Origin: Octopus bimaculoides
Lineage: Eukaryota
NCBI RefSeq assembly: GCF_001194135.2
Contig: NC_068999.1
Coordinates: 33,436,088 to 33,470,745 of the forward strand
DNA: 34,658 bases
Direction: 5' to 3'
Of this stretch, positions 1-12,102 are shown one piece after another. Numbering within the stretch: position 1 is the stretch's first letter; every line of letters starts with the position of its first letter. Below the pieces are notes generated by a model. It ran no database searches and had not been told where the DNA came from. It was given only the letters and a program-made list of their open reading frames with translations. The position numbers were made by a program, and so were the translations under genes.

Positions 1-490
1 TTGTGGTGGTAGTTGCGGTAGTGACAACGGTGGTTATGGTAATGGTTGGCACGACGGTGTTGATAGTGATGTTAAAACTGTTGACAGTCGTGCACGTACG
101 TAATGGTGGTGGTGGTGGTGGTGGTGGCGGTATTGGTGGTAGTTGTGTTGGCTGTGGAGAAGGGGTTGTTGGCGGTGAAGATAGTGTCGATGATATTAAC
201 AGTAGTGGTAGTGGCGATGGAGTGACCGAGACTTGTAGTATCGATGGTGAAGATAGATGAATGGCGGTGGCACGGCGAGTTGTTGCAGGCAGTTAGAAAT
301 GATAGAACAAGAGAGGGGTGGTGGTGGTGGTGGTGGAAATTATAGTGTCGGAGGTTAACGGTGAGGATAGAAAATGAAGATGGTGGCAGTGATGTTGAAG
401 TGGTGGTAGAGTGAAGATGCTGGTTGGGTGAACTGGCTGAAAAGGATTTCGTTTCTAAAGAGATGGTGGTGGCAAAGTTGGTAATGGGTA
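1..490. repeat. Degenerate (GGT)n/(GAT)n low-complexity tract
   Basis: Runs of ggtggtggt and gatgat; explains the spurious ORF 3..260. Confidence 0.85.
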
Positions 491-520
491 AAGGGTAAAG
501 ACCTCCTTAATTGATCACAG

Positions 521-821
521 GATTTCCCCTAGAAAGTTTCCCTCCGAGGCACAAGTCCGGGCAAGGTTGTTTATGGAAAACCAGCAGTCGCTCATGCATA
601 CCAGCTTCCCCTTCTCCACACCACCGATGTTATCCAAGGCAAAGGCAAAAGCCGATACAGCATGGCACCAGTGACGTCACAACTCATTTCCACAGCTGAG
701 TGACCGGGAGCAACGTGAAATAGAGTGTCTTGCTCAAGAACACAACACATAGCCCGGTCCGAGAATCGAACTCACTATCTCATGCTTGGAAGCCCGACGC
801 TCTAACCACCGAGCCATGTGC
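521..821 (-). mobile_element. tRNA-derived SINE, near full length
   Basis: Minus strand starts GCACATGGCTCGGTGGTTAGAGCG (A box TGGCTCGGTGG), has B box GTTCGATTC, then a non-tRNA body (TGTGTTCTTGAGCAAGACAC...). Confidence 0.8.
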
Positions 822-944
822 ATTTGGTAAGTATGGTTTAAACCGCACCAGCACCCATCTACGGAATGGGGGATAACATACCTCCCGTTTAACATCTGCT
901 TCAACAGAGATCACTCACTTGCAAGCATCTGTTTTTTAAAAAAT

Positions 945-1010
945 CTTTTTATTTGTTTCAATTATCTGAATGCGGCCATGCTGGGGCACCGTCTTGAAGA
1001 ATTTTTAGTC
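945..1010 (-). mobile_element. SINE 3' fragment (same family as 9064-9467)
   Basis: tgcggccatgctggggcaccg...tttttagtc matches the copies at 2758, 9064 and 14362. Confidence 0.6.
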
Positions 1011-1239
1011 CAAGGTATATCTGACTATTATTTGGCATCTGCTGCGAGTGAATTGACTTGTCTTTCCTTCGTGGCATATCCATGAGTGGAGAAGTGGTAA
1101 GTGTACTTGGAGTTGAGTAGTTGCTTCTGGAAACAGCCCAGGCACAACAGACAGGGTTAAGTTACTGTCTCTGCAATACCGTCGACCACGACGTAAAAGG
1201 CCAGCCATGCCACTCCAGCATCAACCAAAACGGAATTCC

Positions 1240-1465
1240 ATGACATACAAAGACCTCATTGTTGAGGTTCACTCACAATTTTTTCAAGAAGAACGATAAC
1301 CTCTTCGTATGTTTTGCATTCACGTATGCCATCATAAGATGGGATTCATAACAGTTTCTAGTTTATCTGTATTGAGTTTTTTGATCGATGCAAGACAAGT
1401 CGAAAATGATCTGTGGTAGTGAAGCCAATTTTTGGTCGAGTCAGTCACATTGGCACCCACCATTG
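1240..1465 (-). pseudogene. Decayed LTR-retrotransposon (Ty3/Gypsy-like) gag N-terminal fragment
   Basis: Manual translation across frameshifts: ANVTDSTKNWLHYHRSFSTCLASIKKLNTDKLETVMNP / DGIRECKTYEEVIVLLEKI / LNNEVFVCH. This resembles the gag pattern DPN...W.HW..F...dKL..LiN...C.TYeeai..Le....NeiFaRH as recalled, not searched. Confidence 0.5.
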
Positions 1466-1679
1466 AGAATGCTTTAGTTAGGGTTGCGGCATCATTGTAT
1501 GCATTAACATATTGTTATAGATCGTAGGTTAGTGAAGAAGAGAGCAATAAACAGTCAACGTAGGAAGCAGACTCTATTGCATAGAAATTCAGTAGAGGTC
1601 AGGATGAAAGGAGGGGAGAACAGTGAGTCTGAGTCAAAGAAAGGGAATAGAAAAGGGGGTGAAATGTTGTAAATGGTAT

Positions 1680-1710
1680 AGTGGTGATGATGATGATAAT
1701 GATGATGATA

Positions 1711-1746
<36 letters not shown>

Positions 1747-1832
1747 GTGATGATGATGGTGATGATGGTGATGGAACAGTTGGTGGTGATGATGCGGATG
1801 ATGTTGATGGGACGATGATGATAATAGCGGCC

Positions 1833-1882
<50 letters not shown>

Positions 1883-2160
1883 AATGATGGTAATGATTAT
1901 GGTACTGGTTGGTGGTGCAGGTGGTGGTGGTGATAATGGTGGTGATGATTTTAATGTGATGATGAAGTGGATGACGTCGCCGTGCCGCCGCCTACGACGA
2001 CGACGATGAGGATGAGGATGATGATGATACGACGATGAGGATGAGGATGATGATGATACGACGATGATAATCATAATGGTAATAGTGGCGATGAAGACAG
2101 ATGGTGGTGGTGGTGGTGGTGGTGGTGGACGTGGTCGTGATGACGATACAAACGACAATG
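1680..2160. repeat. (GAT)n/(GGT)n microsatellite complex
   Basis: Long gatgatgat arrays; source of the poly-D/M/I/S ORFs. Confidence 0.95.
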
Positions 2161-2524
2161 AAAAAAAAAAACTGCAAATACTCCTTGCCTAGACTATGTT
2201 GTGTCTCTGTGATGATGTCCCGCTGTTAACTGTTCAATGTCATCCATTAAGCAGACGAGACAACTGAGATGTGACGTGGTGCAATACGTAGGACTAGTGG
2301 TGGTGGTGGTGGTGGCGGCGGTAGTAAGTGTAGTGGTGGCAGCGGTTTGTGGTGTGTTGACAGTGATGGTAGTGGTTGTAGTTGTAGTTAAATGGTAATT
2401 GTAGTGCTGATAGTAAAGGTGGTATTAATGGGGCTGGTGGTGTTGGTGGATAGGTAGATGGGGTATTGGTCATCAGGCAAATTATGACGACTAGTCATAA
2501 CTTGCCTCATGCCCCTGTGACCAT

Positions 2525-2564
2525 GCACACACACACACACACCACACACATATACATACATGCA

Positions 2565-2598
<34 letters not shown>

Positions 2599-2750
2599 CA
2601 TACATACATCCACACATCCATCCATACATACATAATACATACATGCATACATACGTACATACATACATGCATACATACATACATACAAACATACATGCAT
2701 CCATGGATACATACACACACTTATACATACATGTCTGTGTGTGTATGCAT
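2525..2750. repeat. (CA)n/(CATA)n microsatellite
   Basis: Direct inspection. Confidence 0.95.
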
Positions 2751-2757
2751 ATATATA

Positions 2758-2946
2758 CTCTTTTACTCTTTTACTAGTTTCAGTCATTTGACTGAGGCCA
2801 TGCTGGAGCACCGCCTTCTAGTCGAGAAAATCGACCCCAGGACTTATTCTTTGTAAGCCTAGTATTTATTCTATCGGTCTCTTTTTGCCGAACCGCTAAG
2901 TTACGGGGACGTAAACACACCAGCATCGGTTGTCAAGCGATGGTGG

Positions 2947-2983
<37 letters not shown>

Positions 2984-3078
2984 CATATATACGACAGGCT
3001 TCTTTCAGTTTCCGTCTACCAAATCCACTCACAAGGCTTTGGTCAGCCCGAGGCTATAGTAAAAGACACTTGCCCACG
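2758..3078 (-). mobile_element. SINE (family A), 5' end lost in the N-gap
   Basis: Collinear and highly similar to 9064-9467, including the internal (CA)n(TA)n tract. Confidence 0.9.
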
Positions 3079-3700
3079 NNNNNNNNNNNNNNNNNNNNNN
3101 NNNNNNNNNNNNNNNNNNNNNNNNNNNNNNNNNNNNNNNNNNNNNNNNNNNNNNNNNNNNNNNNNNNNNNNNNNNNNNNNNNNNNNNNNNNNNNNNNNNN
3201 NNNNNNNNNNNNNNNNNNNNNNNNNNNNNNNNNNNNNNNNNNNNNNNNNNNNNNNNNNNNNNNNNNNNNNNNNNNNNNNNNNNNNNNNNNNNNNNNNNNN
3301 NNNNNNNNNNNNNNNNNNNNNNNNNNNNNNNNNNNNNNNNNNNNNNNNNNNNNNNNNNNNNNNNNNNNNNNNNNNNNNNNNNNNNNNNNNNNNNNNNNNN
3401 NNNNNNNNNNNNNNNNNNNNNNNNNNNNNNNNNNNNNNNNNNNNNNNNNNNNNNNNNNNNNNNNNNNNNNNNNNNNNNNNNNNNNNNNNNNNNNNNNNNN
3501 NNNNNNNNNNNNNNNNNNNNNNNNNNNNNNNNNNNNNNNNNNNNNNNNNNNNNNNNNNNNNNNNNNNNNNNNNNNNNNNNNNNNNNNNNNNNNNNNNNNN
3601 NNNNNNNNNNNNNNNNNNNNNNNNNNNNNNNNNNNNNNNNNNNNNNNNNNNNNNNNNNNNNNNNNNNNNNNNNNNNNNNNNNNNNNNNNNNNNNNNNNNN

Positions 3701-3745
<45 letters not shown>

Positions 3746-3779
3746 GAGCTGTGCTGTGTGTATGTATACATAAGTAGTT

Positions 3780-4010
3780 GGTGATGATGATGATGATGCT
3801 AATCATGATGAATGTGATGATGTTGATGATGATGATGATGATGATGATAGCGATAATGAAATTGATGATGATGCTAATGATGATGATGGAAGTGTTGTTG
3901 TTGTTGATGATGATGGAGATGATGATGATGATGATGATGACGATGATGATGATGATGATGATGAAGGAATTAGTGGTGATAGTTATGATATTACGCCCTG
4001 ATGATGACAA
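3780..4010. repeat. (GAT)n microsatellite
   Basis: Direct inspection; source of the poly-M/I ORFs. Confidence 0.95.
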
Positions 4011-4618
4011 CGACGCTGACAATCCAGAACTGTGATGACTTTATTTGTTACACTAACAACGTTTTCGACATCTCGAGTGACGTATACGCACATATTCATA
4101 AGCCAGCATATGTAACTACATTCACACACACGCACACACGCACACACACACATACACACGAACATGCTCACACATTTTCGCACACATAACGCAAATTAAC
4201 ATACGTAACGCAAATATTCAAACATGCCCACACACCTACAAATACACACATATATATACGTAGCACACATACACGCTCCCACACTCACACACACACATTC
4301 CCACATTTACACACGTGCACATGTACCGTCTACAGTGGCTCTACGCAAATATTTAGATAAACGCCTAGATTATTTCATATATATATCTTTATATCTCAAT
4401 GCATACATCCGTCCATACATGCATACTACGTACACATAAACATGCATGCATGCATGATTGCATCCGTCCATCCATCCATCCATCCATCCATCCATCCACA
4501 CGTATATGCGTACATATATACGTACACACACACATTTATGTGCGTAAACATTGATACATACTGACTGTTAATTTGCGTTGAACCCGCCAACTGTGCATTT
4601 CAGCATGAAAGACCATAC

Positions 4619-4663
4619 CATGAAGATTGTATCTGCTTTTCCTCTGGTTGATCTGACATTATA
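4619..4663 (-). CDS. Candidate 45-nt exon of an unidentified minus-strand gene (YNVRSTRGKADTIFM or MSDQPEEKQIQSS)
   Basis: Acceptor ttcattcttttgcttctcttccag, donor CATG|gtatgg, length divisible by 3, two open frames. No homology recognised. Confidence 0.25.
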
Positions 4664-4839
4664 CTGGAAGAGAAGCAAAAGAATGAATACTGCATCGAAG
4701 TCTTTAGTAAAACAGAGGAATCACCGTCCGTGAAACTTTTCTGACAGTTGGTGCATAACAACCGAATTGAAAATCATATGGGTTATTGGTACAGGGAGTT
4801 CATCTTCTACGGAGGTTCTCACGTTAGTCGGTTAAGAAA

Positions 4840-5662
4840 ACAACGAACACTGAACTCGATGCAGCAGACTGGATGGAAGTTGCACGACCATTCTTTGGCA
4901 AGCATTTTATGAGTACTTCGTCTTTGTCCCCAAACACTAAAGCCAGAATCTTTCTCGCTGACTTCTGGGTTCGAAACTTCTTGGGACGTGGTGAACCGCG
5001 GTGGCGTCACTTCATTGATTGCTGCTTTGTCTGGGGATCATAATGAGGAAGCTAAGTTTCATCCATGATAACTAAACGAGCCGTAAAATCAGCCTCGCTC
5101 GTTGCAAACCGGTTCAAAACCGTCTTTGATGTTGTCACTGATGCACTTCTGATCTGCGTTCAGGTATTTCGGCACCCATTTTGCGGAAAGCTTTCTCATG
5201 TCTAGAATTTACTGGATGATGTGGCCAACTCTTTCATAGGAAATCCCCAAAGTCTCAGCTATGACTTTAGCTGAGATCCGGCGGTCCTCGAGAATCATGA
5301 CGTACACAGCGTCGGCTTTGTTCTCTGTGGTTGCAGAAGTTGGCCGTCCTGACCGGGGTCCATCTGTGACCTCGAAATGACCAGTTCGAAACCTTAACAT
5401 TCAGATTTCCCCTGTGAAATAAGATGGGCAGTCATGCTTCAAGACTTGCTTCATTTCGTCATGAATTTTCGCCGTCCCTTTGCCTTGCATGACCGCCCGT
5501 GCTTCAATTTTACTAGTGTAGAAGCTGCCATCATGCATTTGATCTACAAAAAGGAGGAAGATATATTGTATACTATCATAATTGTCCTGTTTCTCCTGTA
5601 AAGGTAACAGATGTACTCCTTCGCGATACCCTTAAAACCAGGAATTTTTCAGCACCCCTCAT
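4840..5662 (-). mobile_element. Mariner element, 5' two-thirds, decayed
   Basis: Terminus GAGGGGTGCTGAAAAATTCC near 5660; ORF 5209..5400 FRTGHFEVTDGPRSGRPTSAT...ILEDRRISAKVIAETLGIS; then LSAKWVP; many stops and frameshifts. Confidence 0.9.
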
Positions 5663-5670
5663 GTGTGTGA

Positions 5671-5724
<54 letters not shown>

Positions 5725-5726
5725 GG

Positions 5727-5939
5727 TTCAAATGCACAAAAAACAAAAAGACAGAGACAGGTGAGGGAACAACAAGTGAGGTGTATTAGATTGACGTTTA
5801 GGAAAAACCGAAGAGTCCTTAACGCTTCGAGCCAACGATCTTCGTCTGAAATGGAGGAGGACAAAAATGGGGAAAGAGAAAAAACAGAGAAAGAAAAAGA
5901 ACGTGTAAAGATTAATGGTTCCACATCTCCACTCATACT

Positions 5940-5940
<1 letters not shown>
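5727..5940 (-). mobile_element. Penelope-type short repeat (family P1) with degenerate hammerhead-like motif at 5817-5852
   Basis: Similar to 28995-29165 and, inverted, to 31745-31900 (gacagg..aacaa..gtattag.ttgacg...ttaacg.ttcgagc..cg.tcttc). Confidence 0.6.
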
Positions 5941-5972
<32 letters not shown>

Positions 5973-6883
5973 GTGTGTGTTTGTATACATGTATGTGTGT
6001 AGAGAGAAAATGAAAGTAAAGAAAAGGTATAAGGATTGTAAGGCATTCATGCCCCTTTCAGAAGCATAACTGATATAAATGAGGTGAAATGATTCCACCC
6101 AGAAATGGAAACCCGATCCCGTGTGTTCAATTTATCAACTACCAACCCATCAAAACAACCTACCTTGCCGTGCTTCAGGAAATTAAACACCTGTATGATT
6201 TATTACATTCATATAAATGATTACAGGTAACATTCAGGTGAGCAGGTTGACGCCGTACATTCAGTCCTTGGTTGGTTGAAGAACAGGTGAGCGAGAAGTA
6301 CCTTATCAATTTTACTGCGCCACTATGTCATGCTCCAAAGATGAAAGATTTGCCGATCAAAAATGCTGAAATATTTCATCATAAAATATATTCTACTGAA
6401 TATGAGTGGTTCAGCTGTAAAATAATGGGTGATCTGTCTATTTGTCTATTTGTTTATCTGTCTGTAGTCTGTCTGTATATATATATATATATATATATAT
6501 NNNNNNNNNNNNNNNNNNNNNNNNNNNNNNNNNNNNNNNNNNNNNNNNNNNNNNNNNNNNNNNNNNNNNNNNNNNNNNNNNNNNNNNNNNNNNNNNNNNN
6601 NNNNNNNNNNNNNNNNNNNNNNNNNNNNNNNNNNNNNNNNNNNNNNNNNNNNNNNNNNNNNNNNNNNNNNNNNNNNNNNNNNNNNNNNNNNNNNNNNNNN
6701 NNNNNNNNNNNNNNNNNNNNNNNNNNNNNNNNNTATATATATACACGATGAATATTTATGCGTGTATTTTATGTTATATATTGAATATCTAATGATGAGA
6801 CAATCTCTTTAGTGAATAAATAATTTAGTCACGATCTGGATGAAAAACAATAATTAAGTTTATGTTAATATATTATTAACGAA

Positions 6884-7098
6884 GGCAGCGAGCTGGCAGA
6901 AACGTTAGCACGCCACGCGAAATGCTTAGCGGTATTTCGTCTGTCTTTATGTTCTGAGTTCAAATTCTGCCAACGTCGACTTTGCCTTTCATCTTTTCGG
7001 GGTCGATAAATTAAGTACCAGTTGTGTACCGGGGTCGATCTAATCGACGGGCCCTTACCCCCAAAATTTCGGGCCTTGTGCCTAGAGTAAAAATGAAT
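6884..7098 (+). mobile_element. tRNA-derived SINE (family B)
   Basis: A box TGGCAGAAACG, B box GTTCAAATTC, central CTTTTCGGGGTCGATAAATTAAGTACCAG; second copy at 9883-10156. Confidence 0.85.
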
Positions 7099-7813
7099 AT
7101 ATTTTTAATGAAAAGGGGTAGTAAAATGTTAACTGGAGCTGATCACATATAAAAATGTTTGTATGCACGTACATATGTATGGAAATATGTGTGTGTGCGC
7201 GCTTAAGTATGAAAGAGTATTTCTTCTAGACATAGATAGTTATTTGAATAAAGTATACTTCTTTATATTTTCAATCCATATTATAGAAAATTGTTTACAT
7301 ATTTCATCATTAATATCTTTAAAGTCCCGTGGAAAAGTAGAAATATTTATCAACTATATTATAATAAATATATTGAATCTTCATAAGGTATTGAGCATTT
7401 TAATTTTTTTTCTACGTAAAACAACTCAACAGTTTGTTATACATACATACATACATACATACATGCAAAGATATGTTCTGTTGTGGAAATCAGCTGCCCT
7501 CTGAATAGAAATATGGTTAGAAACATACAGAAGAAAGAGGGCATTTATGGACTTTTGATAAGGAATTTGTAAATCCAGTATCCAAGAGCAACAGGTTACA
7601 TACGAACCCGCCTGGAGCAAAGTACGGTTGAACTTGGGAGAGAACGCAAACCCTTAATTGTATATGCTACAAATGATCACGACATCTGGGACTAAGCAAA
7701 TTTGCAAGGGTTAAAACAAGATGCTTTCATTCATAACCTTGCTAATAAGTAGGTGCCCAGTCAAAATTTATCCTAAATTAAAAAGAAAAAGAGAGCAGAC
7801 ACACACACACACA

Positions 7814-9048
7814 CACACGACGACAGGTAAATGGGTAAATGGACACCCCACATTGCATTGTTTTATGTTTATCTTAACTTGAAAAGGTCTATATTTTTTA
7901 TTAATTGACATTTTTATATTTCATGTTCTATATGAGACTCTTTAATCCTGCCACATACAAAAGAATCTTTGGAACTGTCCAAGTTTCAAAGAGGCCGTAT
8001 TGTGTGTCAATCTGAAGGTGGACTTAGCGTAAAATCGCAGAAAACCTTGGGATCTCGCTTTCTACAGTTAATAGGGTGATTGTGCAATTCACCATAGAGG
8101 TGAAGACGTCCACATCACCTTGCCCAGGTCGACCAGAGCCCTCTGACAGGATCCTTTGCTTTGTTAAGTGAAGTGTGGAGGATAATCCTCATTACAAGGC
8201 CTCTGACATAGCAGAACAAGTTGATGTCAGTCACAGAACAACTGTCAGGTATCTTCACAAACTTGGCTGCTATGGCAGAGCAGTAAGAAGGAAGCCACTT
8301 CTTCAACCAGCCAATATTTAGTGGAGAAAAGATTGGACCAGTGAGAGGATGGAGTGGTCGCTAGCATTTTGGGACATTGTCATATTCTCTGATGAGTCCA
8401 GATTTGCTGTATTTTCTGACAGTAGAGAGTGTGGGTTTGGAGACTCTGTGATCAAGAACATGATATGAAAAGATTGCTGCCAGTAATGAAACAAGGCAGC
8501 TATTCTGTGATGGTCTGGGGAGCAATTTGGAGCAATGGTCTATCAGAGCTGGTGGATGTGTGATGGAAACATAAACTCAGATAAATATGTGTCCATATTG
8601 CAGAAATAACTCCTTCCAATCTTCTCCAATGGTGAAATAATTAAAGAAGACTTTTTATTTTGGAAGATGGCGCTCCTTGTCACACGGCTAAAGAGACCCG
8701 AGACTGGTTGGAAAAGAATGGCATTAAAAAATTTCCATGGCCAAGCCAGTCAATACACATATGAACCCTATTGAACACCTTTGAGATATAATGGACGAGA
8801 CACTTCGTAAAAAGAACAAGAAAGCATCCTCAAAGCATGAAACTTGGCAAGAAATTCCACAAGAGAACATTCGTCATCTGATCAGTAACATGCCTAATAG
8901 AATCCTTACATTGAAAAATGCAAAGGGGCTATCTACTAAATATTGAATATTCACATTATAATAATTAATAAATAATTTCAATGTATAATTTCAAGTTTAA
9001 ATAAATTTTAATGATTAAAGGGGTGTCTATTTACTTCTGTCATGTCTG
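7814..9048 (+). mobile_element. Tc1 transposon, full length but decayed (about DD34E)
   Basis: Imperfect TIRs (gtaaatggacacccc at ~7835; ggggtgtctatttac at ~9020). Transposase remnants ELSKFQRGRIV, VRRKPLL, IFSDESRF, VMVWGAI, DGAPCHTAK, WPSQS..MNPIE at about 7960-8946, with stops and frameshifts. Confidence 0.9.
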
Positions 9049-9063
9049 CGTGTGTTCTTTTAT

Positions 9064-9256
9064 TCTTTTACTTGTTTCAGTCATTTCACTGCGACCATGC
9101 TGGAGCACCGCCTTAAAGGGCTTTAGTCGAAAAAATCAACCCAAGGACTTATTCTTTGTAAGCCTAGTACTGATTCTATCAGTCTCTTTTGCCGAACCGC
9201 TAAGTTACGGGGACGTAAACACACCAACATCAGTTGTCAAGCGATTGTGGGGGGAG

Positions 9257-9296
<40 letters not shown>

Positions 9297-9467
9297 GTAT
9301 TTACGATAAACTTCTTCCAGTTTCCGTCTACCAAATCCACTCACAAGGCTTTGGTCGGCCCGAGGCTATAGTAGAAGACACTTGCCCAAGGTGCCACGCA
9401 GTAGGACTGAACCCGGAACCATGTGGCTGGTAAGCAAGCTACTTGCCACACAGCCACTCCTGCGCCT
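9064..9467 (-). mobile_element. SINE family A, full length
   Basis: Minus strand starts AGGCGCAGGAGTGGCTGTGTGG (A box), B-box-like GGTTCAGTCC, internal (TG)n, 3' end GAAACAAGTAAAAGA. Confidence 0.9.
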
Positions 9468-9663
9468 ATGTGTGTATATACTATATATATTTCTATGTGT
9501 GTGTGTATTTAATTATGTCTGTGTATATGTGTATTTAATTATGGTAAATTTGTAAAATATATATAAGCATTTATTTCATACCGAACAGTTTCGAAACAAC
9601 GCCAAAACAACGCCAAAACAACGCCAGATCATATATTCAAAATAAATGGAAGTGGAGAGACAA

Positions 9664-9704
9664 GTTACTGAAGAGATTGCAAGAGTGCAATGAAATAATT
9701 TAAC
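9664..9704 (+). ncRNA. Minimal type-I hammerhead-ribozyme-like motif, intact core
   Basis: GTTA-CTGAAGA-G-ATTGC(aagagt)GCAAT-GAAA-T-A-AT-T-TAAC: helix I 4 bp, helix II 5 bp, AUU triplet. Confidence 0.45.
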
Positions 9705-9882
9705 AAAAAACTATATAAATTAATAAAGGACTGAACCAATGCGTGTGTTTATTACCGGCATAATGCCTCTCCCAAGGTTTAATTGTATTTCTTTCAACAC
9801 ACGTATCCACATCAAGAATCTTGCACACGAAATACACATACGAAACATTTATTTATACATTGCGCAAATATTTGGTACAGAA

Positions 9883-10156
9883 CTAAGGCAGAATCGTTAG
9901 CACACCTAAGGCACGATCGTTAGCACACCTAAGGCAGAATCGTTAGCACACCTAAGGCAGAATCGTTAGCACACCTAAGGCAGAATCGTTAGCACACCAG
10001 TCAAAATGCTTAGCGGCATTTGGTCCGTCTTTACCTTCTGAGTCCAAATTCCGCCTTTCAACCTTTCGGGGTCGATAAGTTAAATACATGTCAAACACTG
10101 GCGTCAAGCCCTCTCGCCCCAAATTTCAGGCCTTCTATCTGTAGTAGAAAGGATTA
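9883..10156 (+). mobile_element. SINE family B with five tandem 23-bp copies of its A-box region
   Basis: Unit CTAAGGCAGAATCGTTAGCACAC at 9883, 9906, 9929, 9952 and 9975, followed by the SINE body. Confidence 0.85.
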
Positions 10157-10217
10157 TCTAATATAGAACTCTCTCTCTCTAACACAACAAGTACACACAC
10201 ACACACACACACACGCA

Positions 10218-10269
<52 letters not shown>

Positions 10270-11232
10270 NNNNNNNNNNNNNNNNNNNNNNNNNNNNNNN
10301 NNNNNNNNNNNNNNNNNNNNNNNNNNNNNNNNNNNNNNNNNNNNNNNNNNNNNNNNNNNNNNNNNNNNNNNNNNNNNNNNNNNNNNNNNNNNNNNNNNNN
10401 NNNNNNNNNNNNNNNNNNNNNNNNNNNNNNNNNNNNNNNNNNNNNNNNNNNNNNNNNNNNNNNNNNNNNNNNNNNNNNNNNNNNNNNNNNNNNNNNNNNN
10501 NNNNNNNNNNNNNNNNNNNNNNNNNNNNNNNNNNNNNNNNNNNNNNNNNNNNNNNNNNNNNNNNNNNNNNNNNNNNNNNNNNNNNNNNNNNNNNNNNNNN
10601 NNNNNNNNNNNNNNNNNNNNNNNNNNNNNNNNNNNNNNNNNNNNNNNNNNNNNNNNNNNNNNNNNNNNNNNNNNNNNNNNNNNNNNNNNNNNNNNNNNNN
10701 NNNNNNNNNNNNNNNNNNNNNNNNNNNNNNNNNNNNNNNNNNNNNNNNNNNNNNNNNNNNNNNNNNNNNNNNNNNNNNNNNNNNNNNNNNNNNNNNNNNN
10801 NNNNNNNNNNNNNNNNNNNNNNNNNNNNNNNNNNNNNNNNNNNNNNNNNNNNNNNNNNNNNNNNNNNNNNNNNNNNNNNNNNNNNNNNNNNNNNNNNNNN
10901 NNNNNNNNNNNNNNNNNNNNNNNNNNNNNNNNNNNNNNNNNNNNNNNNNNNNNNNNNNNNNNNNNNNNNNNNNNNNNNNNNNNNNNNNNNNNNNNNNNNN
11001 NNNNNNNNNNNNNNNNNNNNNNNNNNNNNNNNNNNNNNNNNNNNNNNNNNNNNNNNNNNNNNNNNNNNNNNNNNNNNNNNNNNNNNNNNNNNNNNNNNNN
11101 NNNNNNNNNNNNNNNNNNNNNNNNNNNNNNNNNNNNNNNNNNNNNNNNNNNNNNNNNNNNNNNNNNNNNNNNNNNNNNNATATATATACATATACATATA
11201 TCTTTTCTTTTACTAGCATCAGTCATAAGAGA

Positions 11233-11616
11233 GGGGTCAAGCTGCAGTACCGCATTTTGGATTTTAGCTGAACGAAACGACCCCAGAACTTGTGTTTTTT
11301 TTTTATCAACCTTGATACTTATTGTATTGGTCTTTTTACCGAACCGCTAAGTTACGGGAATCTAATCGCACAAACACCAACACCAACATCAACACCCGTT
11401 GTGAAGTGGTGACTGGGGACTAACACAGATACAAAGACACCCACGCACAAACACACAGACACACACACTTGCGACGGTCTTCTTTCAGTTTCCATCTACT
11501 AAATCTACTCACAAGGTTTTGTTCTGCCCAAGGCTACAGAAGAAGGCAAGGTACCACGCAGTGAGGCTGAACCCGGAACCATGCTGTTGGGAAGCAAACA
11601 TCTATCACACAACCGC
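11233..11616 (-). mobile_element. SINE family A, older diverged copy
   Basis: ccgaaccgctaagttacggg, cttctttcagtttcc, ccacgcagtgaggctgaacccggaacc shared with 9064-9467. Confidence 0.85.
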
Positions 11617-11617
11617 G

Positions 11618-11651
<34 letters not shown>

Positions 11652-11672
11652 TGTATACATATACATACATAT

Positions 11673-11758
<86 letters not shown>

Positions 11759-11761
11759 ATT

Positions 11762-11914
11762 AAAACAGTTTGATTCAAATTCGTTGGTACTCTTGAGTTT
11801 CAAGTGTGATGCTAGTCGTCAGCCATTTTGAATTTGAATCAAATTCAAAATGGGTGATGATTAGCATCACGCTTGAAACTCAAAAGTACCAATGAATTTG
11901 AATCAAACTGTTTT
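11762..11914. repeat. 153-bp near-perfect palindrome (76-bp arms, 6 mismatches, 1-nt centre); each arm is hammerhead-like
   Basis: Arms 11762-11837 and 11839-11914 aligned by hand. Confidence 0.95.
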
Positions 11915-12102
11915 GATCTATACATGTAACTCCCAATAGATTTGTTGAGTGCCCTTCTTTCGTTTGTCCTCTCATTCGTACACACACGCGCGTGCGCGCG
12001 CACTCTCGCATACACACACATACGTGCACGAACGAGTAAGCACATAAATGCAAAACAAGATGGAAATAAATTGTACCTAAGTACCGAAGGTATAGCAATA
12101 TG

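Noticed and set aside
521-821. tRNA genes (also at 6884, 9467 and 12894)
   Set aside because: A and B boxes are present but there is no complete cloverleaf, and each continues into a SINE body.
9883-9997. CRISPR-like regular repeat
   Set aside because: The units are contiguous with no spacers, derive from a SINE head, and sit in a eukaryotic context with no cas genes.
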